A stretch of 64,000 nucleotides of DNA from Octopus sinensis. Its lineage: Eukaryota. The stretch lies in contig NC_043000.1 of assembly GCF_006345805.1 (NCBI RefSeq), positions 152,024,001 to 152,088,000 on the forward strand, in the 5' to 3' direction. The notes beneath the pieces were generated by a model. That model ran no database searches, was not told the origin of the DNA, and saw only the letters and a program-made list of their open reading frames with translations. Shown here in pieces: positions 38,822 through 50,378 of this stretch. Both the position numbers and the translations under genes were made by a program. Within the stretch, counting starts at the first letter, position 1, and each line of letters starts with the position of its first letter.

Positions 38822-39083
38822 GTTTCTAACACACGTGGACATGCCTACAAAGTCAGAAAACAGCACAACTCCCATGACTTTCGGAAACATTTTTTCACGC
38901 TCAGAGTTGCTGAAGCATGGAATAAACTGCCTGCGTCAGTTGTTGACTGCCATGACACTGCATCTTTTAAGGCCCTCATGCTTTCCAAAATCCGCCGAAA
39001 CTACACCTGATTATATATACACTTTAGATGAGTTGTAGTGCACCTGAGCACTGTACACAATTATTATTATTATTATTATTATT
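38822..39083 (+). mobile_element. CR1-type LINE 3' fragment (second subfamily)
   Basis: NTRGHAYKVRKQHNSHDFRKHFFTLRVAEAWNKLP, followed by gtgcacctgagcactg and an (ATT)n tail. Confidence 0.82.
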
Positions 39084-39504
39084 TTTATTAATATAAAATG
39101 ATTCAAATTCAATTTAATGAAAAATATTGGAATTGCATTAGCATAAATCAATGTTCTTCAGCTATGATGCTGCAGAACCTTGATGTAATTACAGACAAGA
39201 TTTACAAAATTAACTTGTAATAATCTTGGAACATTGATAGCATTAAAATAGAAAAATAAAATACTGAAATTTCATAAAGAAAATTAACTAAGCATACTAC
39301 AATTAAAGGCATTTAACATGGGAGTGATATCATTAACCCTTTCATTTGGGTCTCTTCAGTGGTGTATACTCACAGCCAGCAACACAAGTGAACAAGAATT
39401 TGTCATCTCTGATGATGGAAGAAATGAATAAAAGATTCACTGATGTTGCAAATAGCTACCCAACTGATTAAAAATCCAGTATATGCAATTGAAGCATTAT
39501 TCAA

Positions 39505-39733
39505 TTAACCCTTTTTTTACCGTATTTATTTTGAGATGCTCTGTGTTTCTTTCAATTATTTTAAATATAACAAAGAATTTAGTAAATTAACTTTGTTATC
39601 ATTAAGCCAGTGTTAGGAACATAAATTTTAACTAAGATTTGGTGGAAGATTTGAATTCAAAACTTATGAAAACAAGACATTTATACTACAGAGTCAGAGC
39701 CCGTTTCAGCCGGGTTGGTAATGAAAGGGTTAA
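39505..39733 (+). mobile_element. piggyBac-type MITE, family A
   Basis: TTAA-CCCTTTTTTTACC...GGTAATGAAAGGG-TTAA. Confidence 0.82.
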
Positions 39734-40133
39734 ATAATGGTTGAATGTCACTTGTATAATTTAATCTTAAATAAAGTTTTTGGCTAAAATTTTGTACCTT
39801 TCACGTGATTTAAGGGGAAGAGATAACTTTTCTTCATCACAGTAATGTATGCTTAAGATTGTTGTTATTTATTAATATTTGAGGGTACTGGAGTAGCAGG
39901 AATGGGGTGTCGTTACTAATTGCCTTGTGGCATCTGTCCATAATTTGTGTCCCAAGAAAGTTGATTTCCCATTCTGCCCTTTTAGAATTAATAAATTAAG
40001 TATCATGGACGTACTGTGGTTGATTTAGTAATTATTACTTATTCAACATTCACTCTACAGAACAAAATTACTTTAAAAGAGGATAAGAAAAGAAGATTCG
40101 AAGTAATTGGTATTATACTACATCATATTACAT

Positions 40134-40300
40134 TGTGTGTGTGTATATATATATGTGTGTGTATATATGTATATGTATATGTATACATATATGTATATAT
40201 ATATGTATATATATATGTATATATATATATATATTATATATATATATATATATATGTGTATACATATATGTATATATATATATATGTGTATACATATATA

Positions 40301-40350
<50 letters not shown>

Positions 40351-40738
40351 CATATGTATATACATACATATATGTATATACATACATATATGTATATATA
40401 TACATATATGTATATATATTCATATATGTATATATATATATGAATATATATATGTATGTATATATATATATGAATATATATATGTATATATATGTATGTA
40501 TGAATATATATGTATATATATGTATATATGAATATATATATGTATATATATGTATGTATGAATATATATGTATATATATGTATGTATGAATATATATGTA
40601 TATATATGTATGTATGAATATATATATGTATATATATGAATACATACATGTATATGTATGCATATATATATATATATATATACATACACACACACGTATG
40701 TATGTATACCTATTTACATAATACATACATACATACAA
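40134..40738. repeat. Compound TA-rich micro/minisatellite
   Basis: Seen directly. Higher-order units of about 26-32 bp (tgaatatatatgtatatatatgtatgta) at 40440-40640. Confidence 0.95.
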
Positions 40739-40769
40739 ACAATCTTTTAGTGTATTTCAGTAAATTTAT

Positions 40770-41010
40770 GTTTTGAAAATATTTGCGTAATCTAATTTGA
40801 TTAATGATACTGTTCTTTTGTATGTTAGATTCTACTTTGAACTTATCAATCGTAGTATTACTAAACATAGCTTGCATCACTATTCTGTCTGCTTTTACCT
40901 TCAAATTCAACTTATTTGGAATAGATGCAAGAGCCTGCTACTCAGCTAGTGTTGGACATTCAGACATAAGCAAGGAGAACCATGTTCCTGAAGCAACACT
41001 GCTGTAGTCC
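40770..41010 (-). mobile_element. Possible hAT transposase C-terminal fragment
   Basis: TWFSLLMSECPTLAE...NKLNLKVKAD...FSNTTIDKF..NIQKNS loosely resembles the hAT dimerisation domain. Confidence 0.35.
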
Positions 41011-41210
41011 AAAAGTAGAGTATATGAGTAAACAACAATACAACTTCGTATAAGCACTTCTAGAATTCAGCTGTGTATCAGACTGCCTTAGGGACTAAAA
41101 TACACCCTCGTGTACAAATTAAAAATTAATACCTTAATACCATTACTTCTAAAGATTTAACTATACTTCTCTGCCACTGGTGGCAAGTACATATATCAAA
41201 GATATTACTA

Positions 41211-41352
41211 TTAAGTTGTCCCAAAAGTTCGTAAACACTTGCGAAAATTGAATTTTTACTCGCCAAGTACTAACAAAAACAACAAACATTATTCCTCAAA
41301 ATAAAGACCATTATTTTTCAAGACTTTCTACGGACTTTTGGGACAACCTTAT
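41211..41352. mobile_element. Mariner-type MITE
   Basis: TIR pair TAAGTTGTCCCAAAAGTTCGTA and TACGGACTTTTGGGACAACCTTA, in TA context, about 140 bp. Confidence 0.7.
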
Positions 41353-42354
41353 ATTTAATTGATGGCATCAATGAAGACAATAAAAGAATTGGACAAGATC
41401 TTTTCCATTGAGGCACCGAATTTCTGAGGTGAAATTCCATTGAGGTTATTTTGCCTTTTATCATTTCTAGTTCAGTAAAACGAGAAGCAAGCAGATCTAA
41501 CCACCTGCGCTCCTCTACAACTAAAACTAGCCTTATTCACGATTAAAAGAATTTATTATTATTATTATTAGTGTTATATGAAGTCAGAAGTGGTGCAGCA
41601 TCAGACTAAACACTTTACAGTATTTAGTTCTGACATCTATGTTATGAGTTCAAATTTCACTAAGGCCAATCAAATAAAAAACCCAGTATTGTATTGGATC
41701 TGATCCAATTCACTAAACTTCCTCTCCCACCAAAGAAAAATAACAAAAAACCAAAAAAATTGGCTTTGTATCTAGTGAAAAGAAAATAATATCATTATAT
41801 CTGGTTTTATAACTAAATTTGTGCAATACCTTAGAATAGTTGAAACCTAACTTGTGCAACTGGTCAATGTATGTTTTGTGACAACATATATTAATATATA
41901 TTATATATTATAGGGATTGATAGTTATACTGTTTATGCACATTTGCAATAAAGCTGCACATAGATTGACATTTTAAAACTGTTGTACCTTTTCCTCAATA
42001 TACACCTCTCCACCAGTCTCTCTCCCTCACCTTAGCAAAATGACTTCAATATTCTCTAGAAAGAAAACTCAAAATTTCTCCATTGTAAATTATTATATTT
42101 TTTTTCTTTTTGCTGATCTCTTCACAGAGGCTACAGTTGTGCTCTAAAGTTGTGGTATATCTTCTATTGCTATTGCTATCAATATTCTGTTGTGAGAAGA
42201 TATTGTATTGCAATAAATGCACTAATTTCTTTACAACTGTATCAAGTGCACTGAACATTTCTCTGTCAATTCTATTTCTGGAATAAATATGTTGATTAAC
42301 CCTTTCTTTCAACCCTTTCTTTCTTGTTTAAAATACTTTTATTTAATATTCAGT

Positions 42355-42765
42355 TTACTCTTTTTACTCTTTTTACTTGTTTCAGTCATTTGACTGCGGC
42401 CATGCTGGAGCACCGCCTTTAGTCGAGCAAATCGACCCCGGGACTTATTCTTTGTAAGCCCAGTACTTATTCTATCAGTCTCTTTTGCCGAACTGCTAAG
42501 TTACGGGGACGTAAACACACCAGCATCGGTTGTCAAGCAATGCTAGGGGGACAAACACAGACACACAAACCCATGCACACACATATATATATATATGTAC
42601 ATATATACGACAGGCTTCTTTCAGTTTCCGTCTACCAAATCCACTCACGAGGCATTGGTCGGCCTGGGCTATAGCAGAAGACACTTGCCCAAGATGCCAC
42701 GCAGTGGCACTGAACCCGGAACCATGTGGTTGGTTTGCAAGCTACTTACCACACAGCCACTCCTA
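42355..42765 (-). mobile_element. SINE family 2
   Basis: Full-length copy. Confidence 0.88.
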
Positions 42766-42989
42766 TTTTATAACATCTGTTTTCGTTTTGTTCCTTTTTT
42801 TGTGGTTAATTTTTCACTTATTTATTCATTCTATCTCACCGCATTTATAGCCTAGTTTTTTACCATATATCTGAGCTTTTGAAACATTTAGAAGTTAAAA
42901 AAAATAAAGTATTAAAGATTAAAAATAGATCAGCTGACAGGAACAACTATGACGACTCCAATGCAGATCTCTTAGTAAGCTACCTGTTT

Positions 42990-43323
42990 ATAATAATAAT
43001 AATAATGAAATTATTGTATACAGTGCTCAGGTGCACCACAACTTGTCAGAAAGTGCATATAAAGTACATGCAGTAATGTAGAAATGTCTGGAAAGCGTAC
43101 AATTTATGAGTCAGATACATGCTTGCGTGTGTATGGAGGGGAGAAAATCAGGTGTAGTGTTGGCAAATCTCAGAAGCATGGAAGTTTTGAAGGATGAAAT
43201 AATAGAATTTTGCTTTCATGAACATACACTGTTCACTTTCCAGACATTTGTACATTACTGCATATGCTTTATACGCACTTTTGATAAGTTGTGGTGCACC
43301 TGAGCACTGTATACAATAATTTC

Positions 43324-43350
<27 letters not shown>
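42990..43350. mobile_element. Two CR1 3' fragments in inverted orientation (about 42990-43195 minus, 43230-43350 plus)
   Basis: Both carry the CR1 3' UTR, with (AAT)n and (ATT)n tails pointing outward. Confidence 0.82.
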
Positions 43351-43354
<4 letters not shown>

Positions 43355-43865
43355 GTGCCGGTGGCACATAAGAAAACCATCCGAACGGGACCGTAGCCAG
43401 TACCGCATCGACTGGCCTCCATGCTGTGGGCACATAACAAACACCGTCCGAGCGTGGCCGTCTGCCAGCCTCGTCTGGCACCTGTGTCGGTGGAACATAA
43501 AAACACCATCCGAGCGTGGCCGTCTGCCAGCCTCGTCTGGCACCTGTGTCGGTGGCACATAAAAGCACCATCCGAGCGTGGCCGTCTGCCAGCCTCGTCT
43601 GGCACCTGTGTCGGTGGCACATAAAAACACCATCCGAGCGTGGCCGTCTGCCAGCCTCGTCTGGCACCTGTGTCGGTGGCACATAAAAACACCCACTACA
43701 CTCTCGGAGTGGTTGGCGTTAGGAAGGGCATCCAGCTGTAGAAACACTGCCAGATCTGACTGGCCTGGTGCAGCCTTCGGGCTCCCCAGACCCCAGTTGA
43801 ACCATCCAACCCATGCTAGCATGGAAAGCGGACGTTAAACGATGATGATGATGATGATGATTATG
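43351..43865 (+). mobile_element. SINE-like family 3 with expanded 58-59-bp tandem units
   Basis: Four near-identical units ccgagcgtggccgtctgccagcctcgtctggcacctgtgtcggtggcacataaaa, then core and (GAT)n tail. Confidence 0.88.
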
Positions 43866-44416
43866 ATATCCAAAGTATTGATGTGCGTAGCCATATATGA
43901 ACAGATGAATATCTGAATACTATAAGCACATCATCCTGTTTTTGATGGCTTTGTTAGAAGGCAAGGGCAGCACCTATGAATCCTTTCAGCATCTCTGAGA
44001 CTGGTGGAGAGAAGAGTAAAAAATTATCCTTAGACTGAATATCAAGCCTAAATGCTTGCACAGAGGGAACTCGGCTAAAGTCCTTAAGTACTAAGTGGTG
44101 GTTTTAAACAAGCAACTGATTTAGTTTGCCTCCAGTAAAAGAACACTCCTTCCATCAGGCTTCTATTCAGTTTCCATTGCCAGATTTCACCCATAAGGTT
44201 TTGGACAACTCAGGGCCATGATAGAAGACACTTCAAGGTACTGTGCAGTGGAATTGAATCAAAAACCATGTTGTTGCAAAGTGAACTTCTTAAACACATA
44301 ACACGTTTGCACCTGTTGAAAGATAACATCTACAATCAGTGCCTCATACCAACAATGAACATCTTGAAACCAGGAAACTCCCACAAAGCCCACAAATAAA
44401 TATCCATAAAGTTTAG

Positions 44417-44593
44417 GAGTAGGAGTGGCTGTATGGTAAGTAACTTGTTTACCAGCCACATGGTTCCGGGTTCAGTCCCACTGCGTGGCACCTTGGGCAA
44501 GTGTCTTCTACTATAGTCTCGGGCCAACCAAAGCCTTGTGAGTGGATTTGGTAGACAGAAACTGAAAAGAAGCCTGTCGTATATATGTGTGTG

Positions 44594-44646
<53 letters not shown>

Positions 44647-44865
44647 ATGTTTGTGTGTCTGTGTTTGACCCCCTCCTCCCCCACCAACATCGCTTGAAAA
44701 CTGATACCGGTGTGTTTATGTCCCCGTAACTTAGCGGTTCGGCAAAAGAGGCCGATAGAATAAGTACTGGGCTTACAAAGAATATGTCCTGGGGTCGATT
44801 TGCTCGACTAAAGGCGGTGCTCCAGCGTGGCCACAATCAAATGACTGAAACAAGTAAAAGAGTAT
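44417..44865 (+). mobile_element. SINE family 2
   Basis: Full-length copy. Confidence 0.88.
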
Positions 44866-45346
44866 AAGACAGTAATTCATCATTTTAGATATTTACTGGA
44901 GAATTAGTAAATGGATATACAAAAATATGGAGACTTCTTTTGACTATTAAGAAGTGAAATGGTATTCGGCCGGGTATGTTGTGAGAGTGAATGTCAGCCG
45001 TGGGATGTAAAAATTATAGAATGGACACATCTCACATTATTTAATAAGCACCAGCCACGAACTGTATTTATATTTTTTAAAATTTTAATATTTCAATGTT
45101 TGTTTGTATAAGGCGGTGAGGTGGAAGAATCTTTAGCATGCCAGGTAAAATGCTTAGCAGCATTTTGTCTGTCTTTGTACTCTGATTTTACCATTCAGCC
45201 TTCGAGGTTCGATAAAATAAATACCAGCTGGACATTATGGGTCAATGTAATCGACTTACCCCACCCCACAAATTGCTGGCCTTGTCCCAAAGTTCGATAC
45301 CAATATTTCAATGTCTGTGTATTACATGTTTCTTAAAAGATTACTA

Positions 45347-45700
45347 TCATCATCATCATCGTTTAACGTCCCCTTTCCATGCTAGCATGGGTTGGACAGT
45401 TCAACTGGGGTCTGGGAAGCCCGAAGGCTGCACCAGGCCAGTCAGATCTGGCAGTGTTTCTACAGCTGGATGCCCTTCCTAACGCCAACCACTCCGAGAG
45501 TGTAGTGGGTGATTTTATGTGCCACTGACACGGGTGCCAGACGAGGCTGGCGAACGGCCACGCTCGGATGGTGTTTTTTACGTGCCACCAGCACGGAGGC
45601 CAGTCAATGCGGTACTGGCTACAGCCACGTTCAGATGGTTTTCGTATGTGCCACAAAACTACAAATTCCATTAATGTTCATCGAGTTTGCTTTTGATTTT
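45347..45700 (-). mobile_element. SINE-like family 3
   Basis: Reverse-orientation copy. Confidence 0.84.
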
Positions 45701-46058
45701 GTCCATTTTGTCTTAAACATTTTAGTTATTATATTTTGGCTTTAGGCATACTAATATATCAGAGATGCCACATTGCAGCAAAAATAGAAAAAAAGGGCAA
45801 TTCAACTAATTGGTAGATTCATTCACCAACACATAACAACTTCTCGCCCACAGTTTCCCAGTCTCCTCACCATGCTCATTACAATGTTTTCTGTTACTCT
45901 GAGTTGGCTAGTTGCATACCACCTCCATCTGTTTCTCCTCTTATTGCCACTCATACTACATATCCTCCTTCATTAAACACTTTATCCATTCCTTCTCCTC
46001 TGAACATCAACCCTTGAGAATTCCTTCCTCCCCACATTCTCCTTAAGATATGCATTTA

Positions 46059-46525
46059 CATCATCATCATCATCATCATTATCGTTTAACGTCCGTTCTC
46101 CATGCTAGCATGGGTTGGATGGTTCGACCGGGGATCTGGGAAGCCAGAAGGCTGCACCAGGCTCCAGTCTTATCTGGCAGTGTTTCTACAGCTGGATGCC
46201 CTTCCTAACGCCAACCACTCCGTGAGTGTAGTGGGTGCTTTTTACGTGCCACCTGCACATGTGCCAGGCGAGGCTGGCAACGGCCACGGTCGGATTGGTG
46301 CATTTTACGTGCCACCGGCACGGAAGCCAGTCGAGGCGGCACTGGCATCAGCCACAGTTTTGATGGTCCTTTTTACGTGTCACCGGCGCGGAAGCCAGTC
46401 GAGGCGGCGCTGGCATCGGCCACGATTCGGATAGTGCTTTTTACGTACCACCGGACCCCTGGACTGGTGGTACGTAAAAGCACTATCCAAATCATGGCCG
46501 ATGCCAGTGCCGCCTCGACTGGCTT
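46059..46525 (-). mobile_element. SINE-like family 3 with terminal fold-back
   Basis: Reverse-orientation copy whose last about 65 bp are an inverted duplicate of the preceding unit. Confidence 0.85.
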
Positions 46526-46687
46526 ACAGAGGTTCAAATTGACAGTACAAATCTCAGCCCTCCTGAAGGAATTGTGATTTGTGAGGTACTACTCCTTCCT
46601 TCTAATTAAACGATTCATACACATCTAAATCCGAATGCTCTGTAGCCAAATCTGTAATCACTAAGCCCATCACTTTCCTCCCTATAT

Positions 46688-47082
46688 TACTCTCTTTTAC
46701 TCTTTTACTTGTTTCAGTCATTTGACTGTTGCCATGTTAGAGCACCGCCTTTAGTCGAGCAAATCGACCCCGGGACTTATTCTTTGTAAGCCCAGTACTT
46801 ATTCTATCGGTCTCTTTTGACGAACTGCTAAGTGACGGGGATGTAAACACACCAGCATCGGTTGTCAAGCAATGCTAGGGGGACAAACACAAACACACAC
46901 ACATATATATATACATATATACAAAAGGCTTCTTTCAGTTTCCGTCTACCAAATCCACTCACAAGGCATTGGTCGGTCCGGGGCTATAGCAGAAGACACT
47001 TGCCCAAGATGCCAAGCAGTGGGACTGAACCCGGAACCATGTGGTTGGTTAGCAAGCTACTTACCATACAGCCACTCCTGCG
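46688..47082 (-). mobile_element. SINE family 2
   Basis: Full-length copy. Confidence 0.88.
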
Positions 47083-47529
47083 AATATATCTATTCTTTTG
47101 TTTATTTCTTTCTTATTTCACAGTCTTTGTAATAAAAGTGAAATTTAGAGAAGCAGAACTTGTTATAATCACTTCAAAACTAAATTTAGTCAGAGGAGGA
47201 TGGGATAGTGCCCATGGCCTTTGTAAGCCATCCCAGGCTTGTGAGATTGATGACCAACTTGAATATCTGCAGGAAAAGGGTTTGTGGAGCAGAACAAGGG
47301 TTCTGATTTGAAGGGTTCTACAGTGAACTCTGATAAAGGCATCCAAGGACAAAGTGTTGGCATTAAAGGCATCCAAGAAAAATAAAATAAAAAAAAGCAT
47401 TTAACTTAGTTAATGTCTTATCTATGTTGTATGAAAACTGAGAGGTTATATCTTTAACAGTTTACTCTTGTGCCAGTCATTGAATTGTAGTGAAGCTGGA
47501 GGACCACCACGAAGGGTTTTAATCAATCA

Positions 47530-47742
47530 TATTTAGCACGCTGGGCGAAATGCGTTGACGTATTTCATCTGTCGTTACGTTCCAAGTTCAAATTCCGCCG
47601 AGGTCGACTTTGCCTTTCATCCTTTTGGGGTTGATAAATTAAGTACCAGTTACGCACTGGAGTCAATGTAATCAACTTAATCCCTTTGTCTGTCCTTGTT
47701 TGTCCCCTCTATGTTTAGCTCCTTGTGGGTAGTAAAGAAATA
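47530..47742 (+). mobile_element. SINE family 4
   Basis: Matches 10128-10342. Confidence 0.78.
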
Positions 47743-48099
47743 TATATATAAACCCCAGTACATATTTTTAACTCTGGTAACAATCGGTCTTTATTCACTA
47801 AAGCACAAAGTTATGGACAGAAACAAAGAGCATCATTTTTATACTGTCCATGTGAAAACATACATACATATATACATAGTTATCATGCTCAGACAGGATG
47901 CCGAATGCACTTTTGCAGAAGGACAAGAAGCCAAACGGACACAATATTAGAAAAAAAAAATTCCTACCTACATACGCACTTTCTGACAAGTTGTGGTGCA
48001 CCTGAGCACTGTGTACAATAATTTCATTATTATTATAGTTTAATGATCAATTCACTTATTTGGCACTTAAAATTTAAAGAGATTAAATTTTAATTTTCA

Positions 48100-48482
48100 T
48101 AGGCACAGGAGTGGCTGTGTGGTAAGTAGCTTGCTTACCAACCACATGGTTCCGGGTTCAGTCCCACTGTGTGGCACTTTGGGCAAATGTTTTCTACTAT
48201 AGCCTTGGGCCGACCAAAGCCTTGTGAGTGGATTTGGTAGACGAAAACTGAAAGAAGCCTGTTGTATATATGTATGTATATGTGTGTGTGTGTGTTTGTC
48301 CTCTCAACATCGCTTGACAACCGATGGTGGTGTGTTTATGTCCCCGTAACTTAGCGGTTCGGCAAAAGGGACAGATAGAATAAGTACTAGGCTTACAAAG
48401 AATAAGTCCAGGGGTTGATTTGCTCAACTAAAAAGGTGGTGCTCCAGCATGGCCAGTCAAATGATTGAAACAAATAAAAGAG
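48100..48482 (+). mobile_element. SINE family 2
   Basis: Full-length copy. Confidence 0.88.
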
Positions 48483-48689
48483 CATATGTCTTTGGTGCTA
48501 GTCATCGTCTTCAGCTGTATTGTTCTCCTTCAGTCACGGCACCTGTTGGCTTTGAGAGTAAAAGGTGGGGGATTATTCCCTACTCTCATCAGCAATCAAT
48601 TTCCAGCTGTGGTGTAATTATCACCAATACTGCTATTATGCAGTATATATGTACGTATGTATGTGTTTGTTTTTATGTTCTGTTATAAT

Positions 48690-49100
48690 ACTCTCTCTCT
48701 TTACTCTCTTTTACTTGTTTCAGTCATTTGACTGCGGCCATACTGGAGCACCGCCTTTAATCGAGCAACTCGACCCCGTGACTTATTCTTTTGTAAGCCC
48801 AGTATTTATTCTATCGGTCTCTTTTGCCGAACCGCTAAGTAACGGGGACATTAACAAACCAGCATCGGTTGTCAAGCAATGCTAGGGGGACAAACACAGA
48901 CACACAAACACACACACGCATATATATATATATATATATATATACGACAGGCTTCCTTCAGTTACCGTCTACCAAATCCACTCACAAGGCTTTGGTCGGT
49001 CCGAGGCCATAGTAGAAGACACTTGCCCAAGGTGCCATGCAGTGAGACTGAACCCGGAACCATGTGGTTGGTAAGCAAGCTACTTACCACACAGCCACTC
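48690..49100 (-). mobile_element. SINE family 2
   Basis: Full-length copy, tail-to-tail with the 48100 copy. Confidence 0.88.
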
Positions 49101-49959
49101 CTTTTACATTAATCTGATGGTTACTCTATATTTTTGTAGAGTACAAATTTATTGTTCTTAATCAAGTTTGGGCCAGTTAAGCCATCATCAGTCTGCAATG
49201 CATTGAAGTTAATCTTGCTTTTATATAGTTTGTGTTGAGTTAAAACCTTCCTTAGGCATGTGAATTAGGTTTTAGGGTGGGTTGTTATGGAGAGGTGTTT
49301 TTGAGAAATTTATAGTGATTAAATTTGGGGGTTATGTTATTGTTTAGAATTTATTCACATATGTAGAACTTTTTGTAAGCACCTTTTGGTGAATGGGCAT
49401 AGGAAATGTCAATAGTTTTAGTTGATTTTGGTTTTATTGGATCTAATCCTTAAAAGTACAAAGTTTTGTCCAGTATTTAAAAACTTAGTAATTGGGTGCG
49501 TCAACTTTTCTGTAATGGAACTTTTTAGAGGTTCACAAAAAAACGTAAGTCAGTGATATGTTTTAGCAGGTTAATGTCTTGTTGTTGATGCTGTTGTTAT
49601 TTAGGGTATTTCCTGTTTTTATTTGGAAGGTGGGGTTTATTAGTCAGGTATGTCATGATGTTGTTAGTATAGAAATTTGTGGCACGTAAAAAACACCCAC
49701 TACACTCTCGGAGTGGTTGGCATTAAGAAGGGCATCCAGCTGTTGAAACTCTGCCAGATCAAGATTGGAGCCTGGTGCAGCCATCTGGTTCACCAGCCCT
49801 CAGTCAAAATCGTCCAACCCATGCTAGCATGGAAAGCAGACATTTAAATGATGATGATGATGATGATGTGCTCCCTGGTCCCACAGTAACCACTATGCCC
49901 CAATCCTTCTGAATTAGCATGTCATCCCTCTGGAATTTTGTATATCTTCCCAGCAACAG

Positions 49960-50378
49960 TTTAAAAGAAACTTGGCAGACACCATAAAATTATCAACCAT
50001 CGTACAAACAATAACTCTGAGCACCTTTTCAAACTCCACCCATCTAACACCGGTGGACATATTTACAAAGTAAGAAAACAGCACAGCTCCCATGACTTCA
50101 GGAAACATTTTTTCACGCTGAGAGTTGCTGAAGCATGGAACAAACTGCCTGCATCAGTTGTTAGTTGTTGGAGCACTGCATCCTTCAAAACTTCCATGCT
50201 TCCTGAGATTCACCAACACTACACCTGATTTTCTCCCCTCCATACACACACAAGCATGTATCTGACTCATAAATTGTACGCTTTCCAGACATTTCTACAT
50301 TACTGCATATACTTTATATGCACTTTCTGACAAGTTGTGGTGCACCTGAGCACTGTATACAATAATTTCATTATTATT
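49960..50378 (+). mobile_element. CR1-type LINE 3' end
   Basis: HKIINH...NTGGHIYKVRKQHSSHDFRKHFFTLRVAEAWNKLPASVVSC..TASFKT is a CR1 ORF2 C-terminus. The 3' UTR ends ggtgcacctgagcactgtatacaataatttc-(ATT)n. Confidence 0.85.

Noticed and set aside
43255-43838. Recurrent ORFs with WLDALPNANHS / CHRHRCQTRLA peptides (also at 4127, 13036, 18306, 46102, 55721)
   Set aside because: Chance frames through the family-3 SINE and its tandem units. They are open in several frames and on both strands.
47130-47380. Possible exon (VRGGWDSAHGLCKPSQACEIDDQLEYLQEKG)
   Set aside because: No convincing splice-site pair or recognisable homology. The listed ORF begins inside a SINE.
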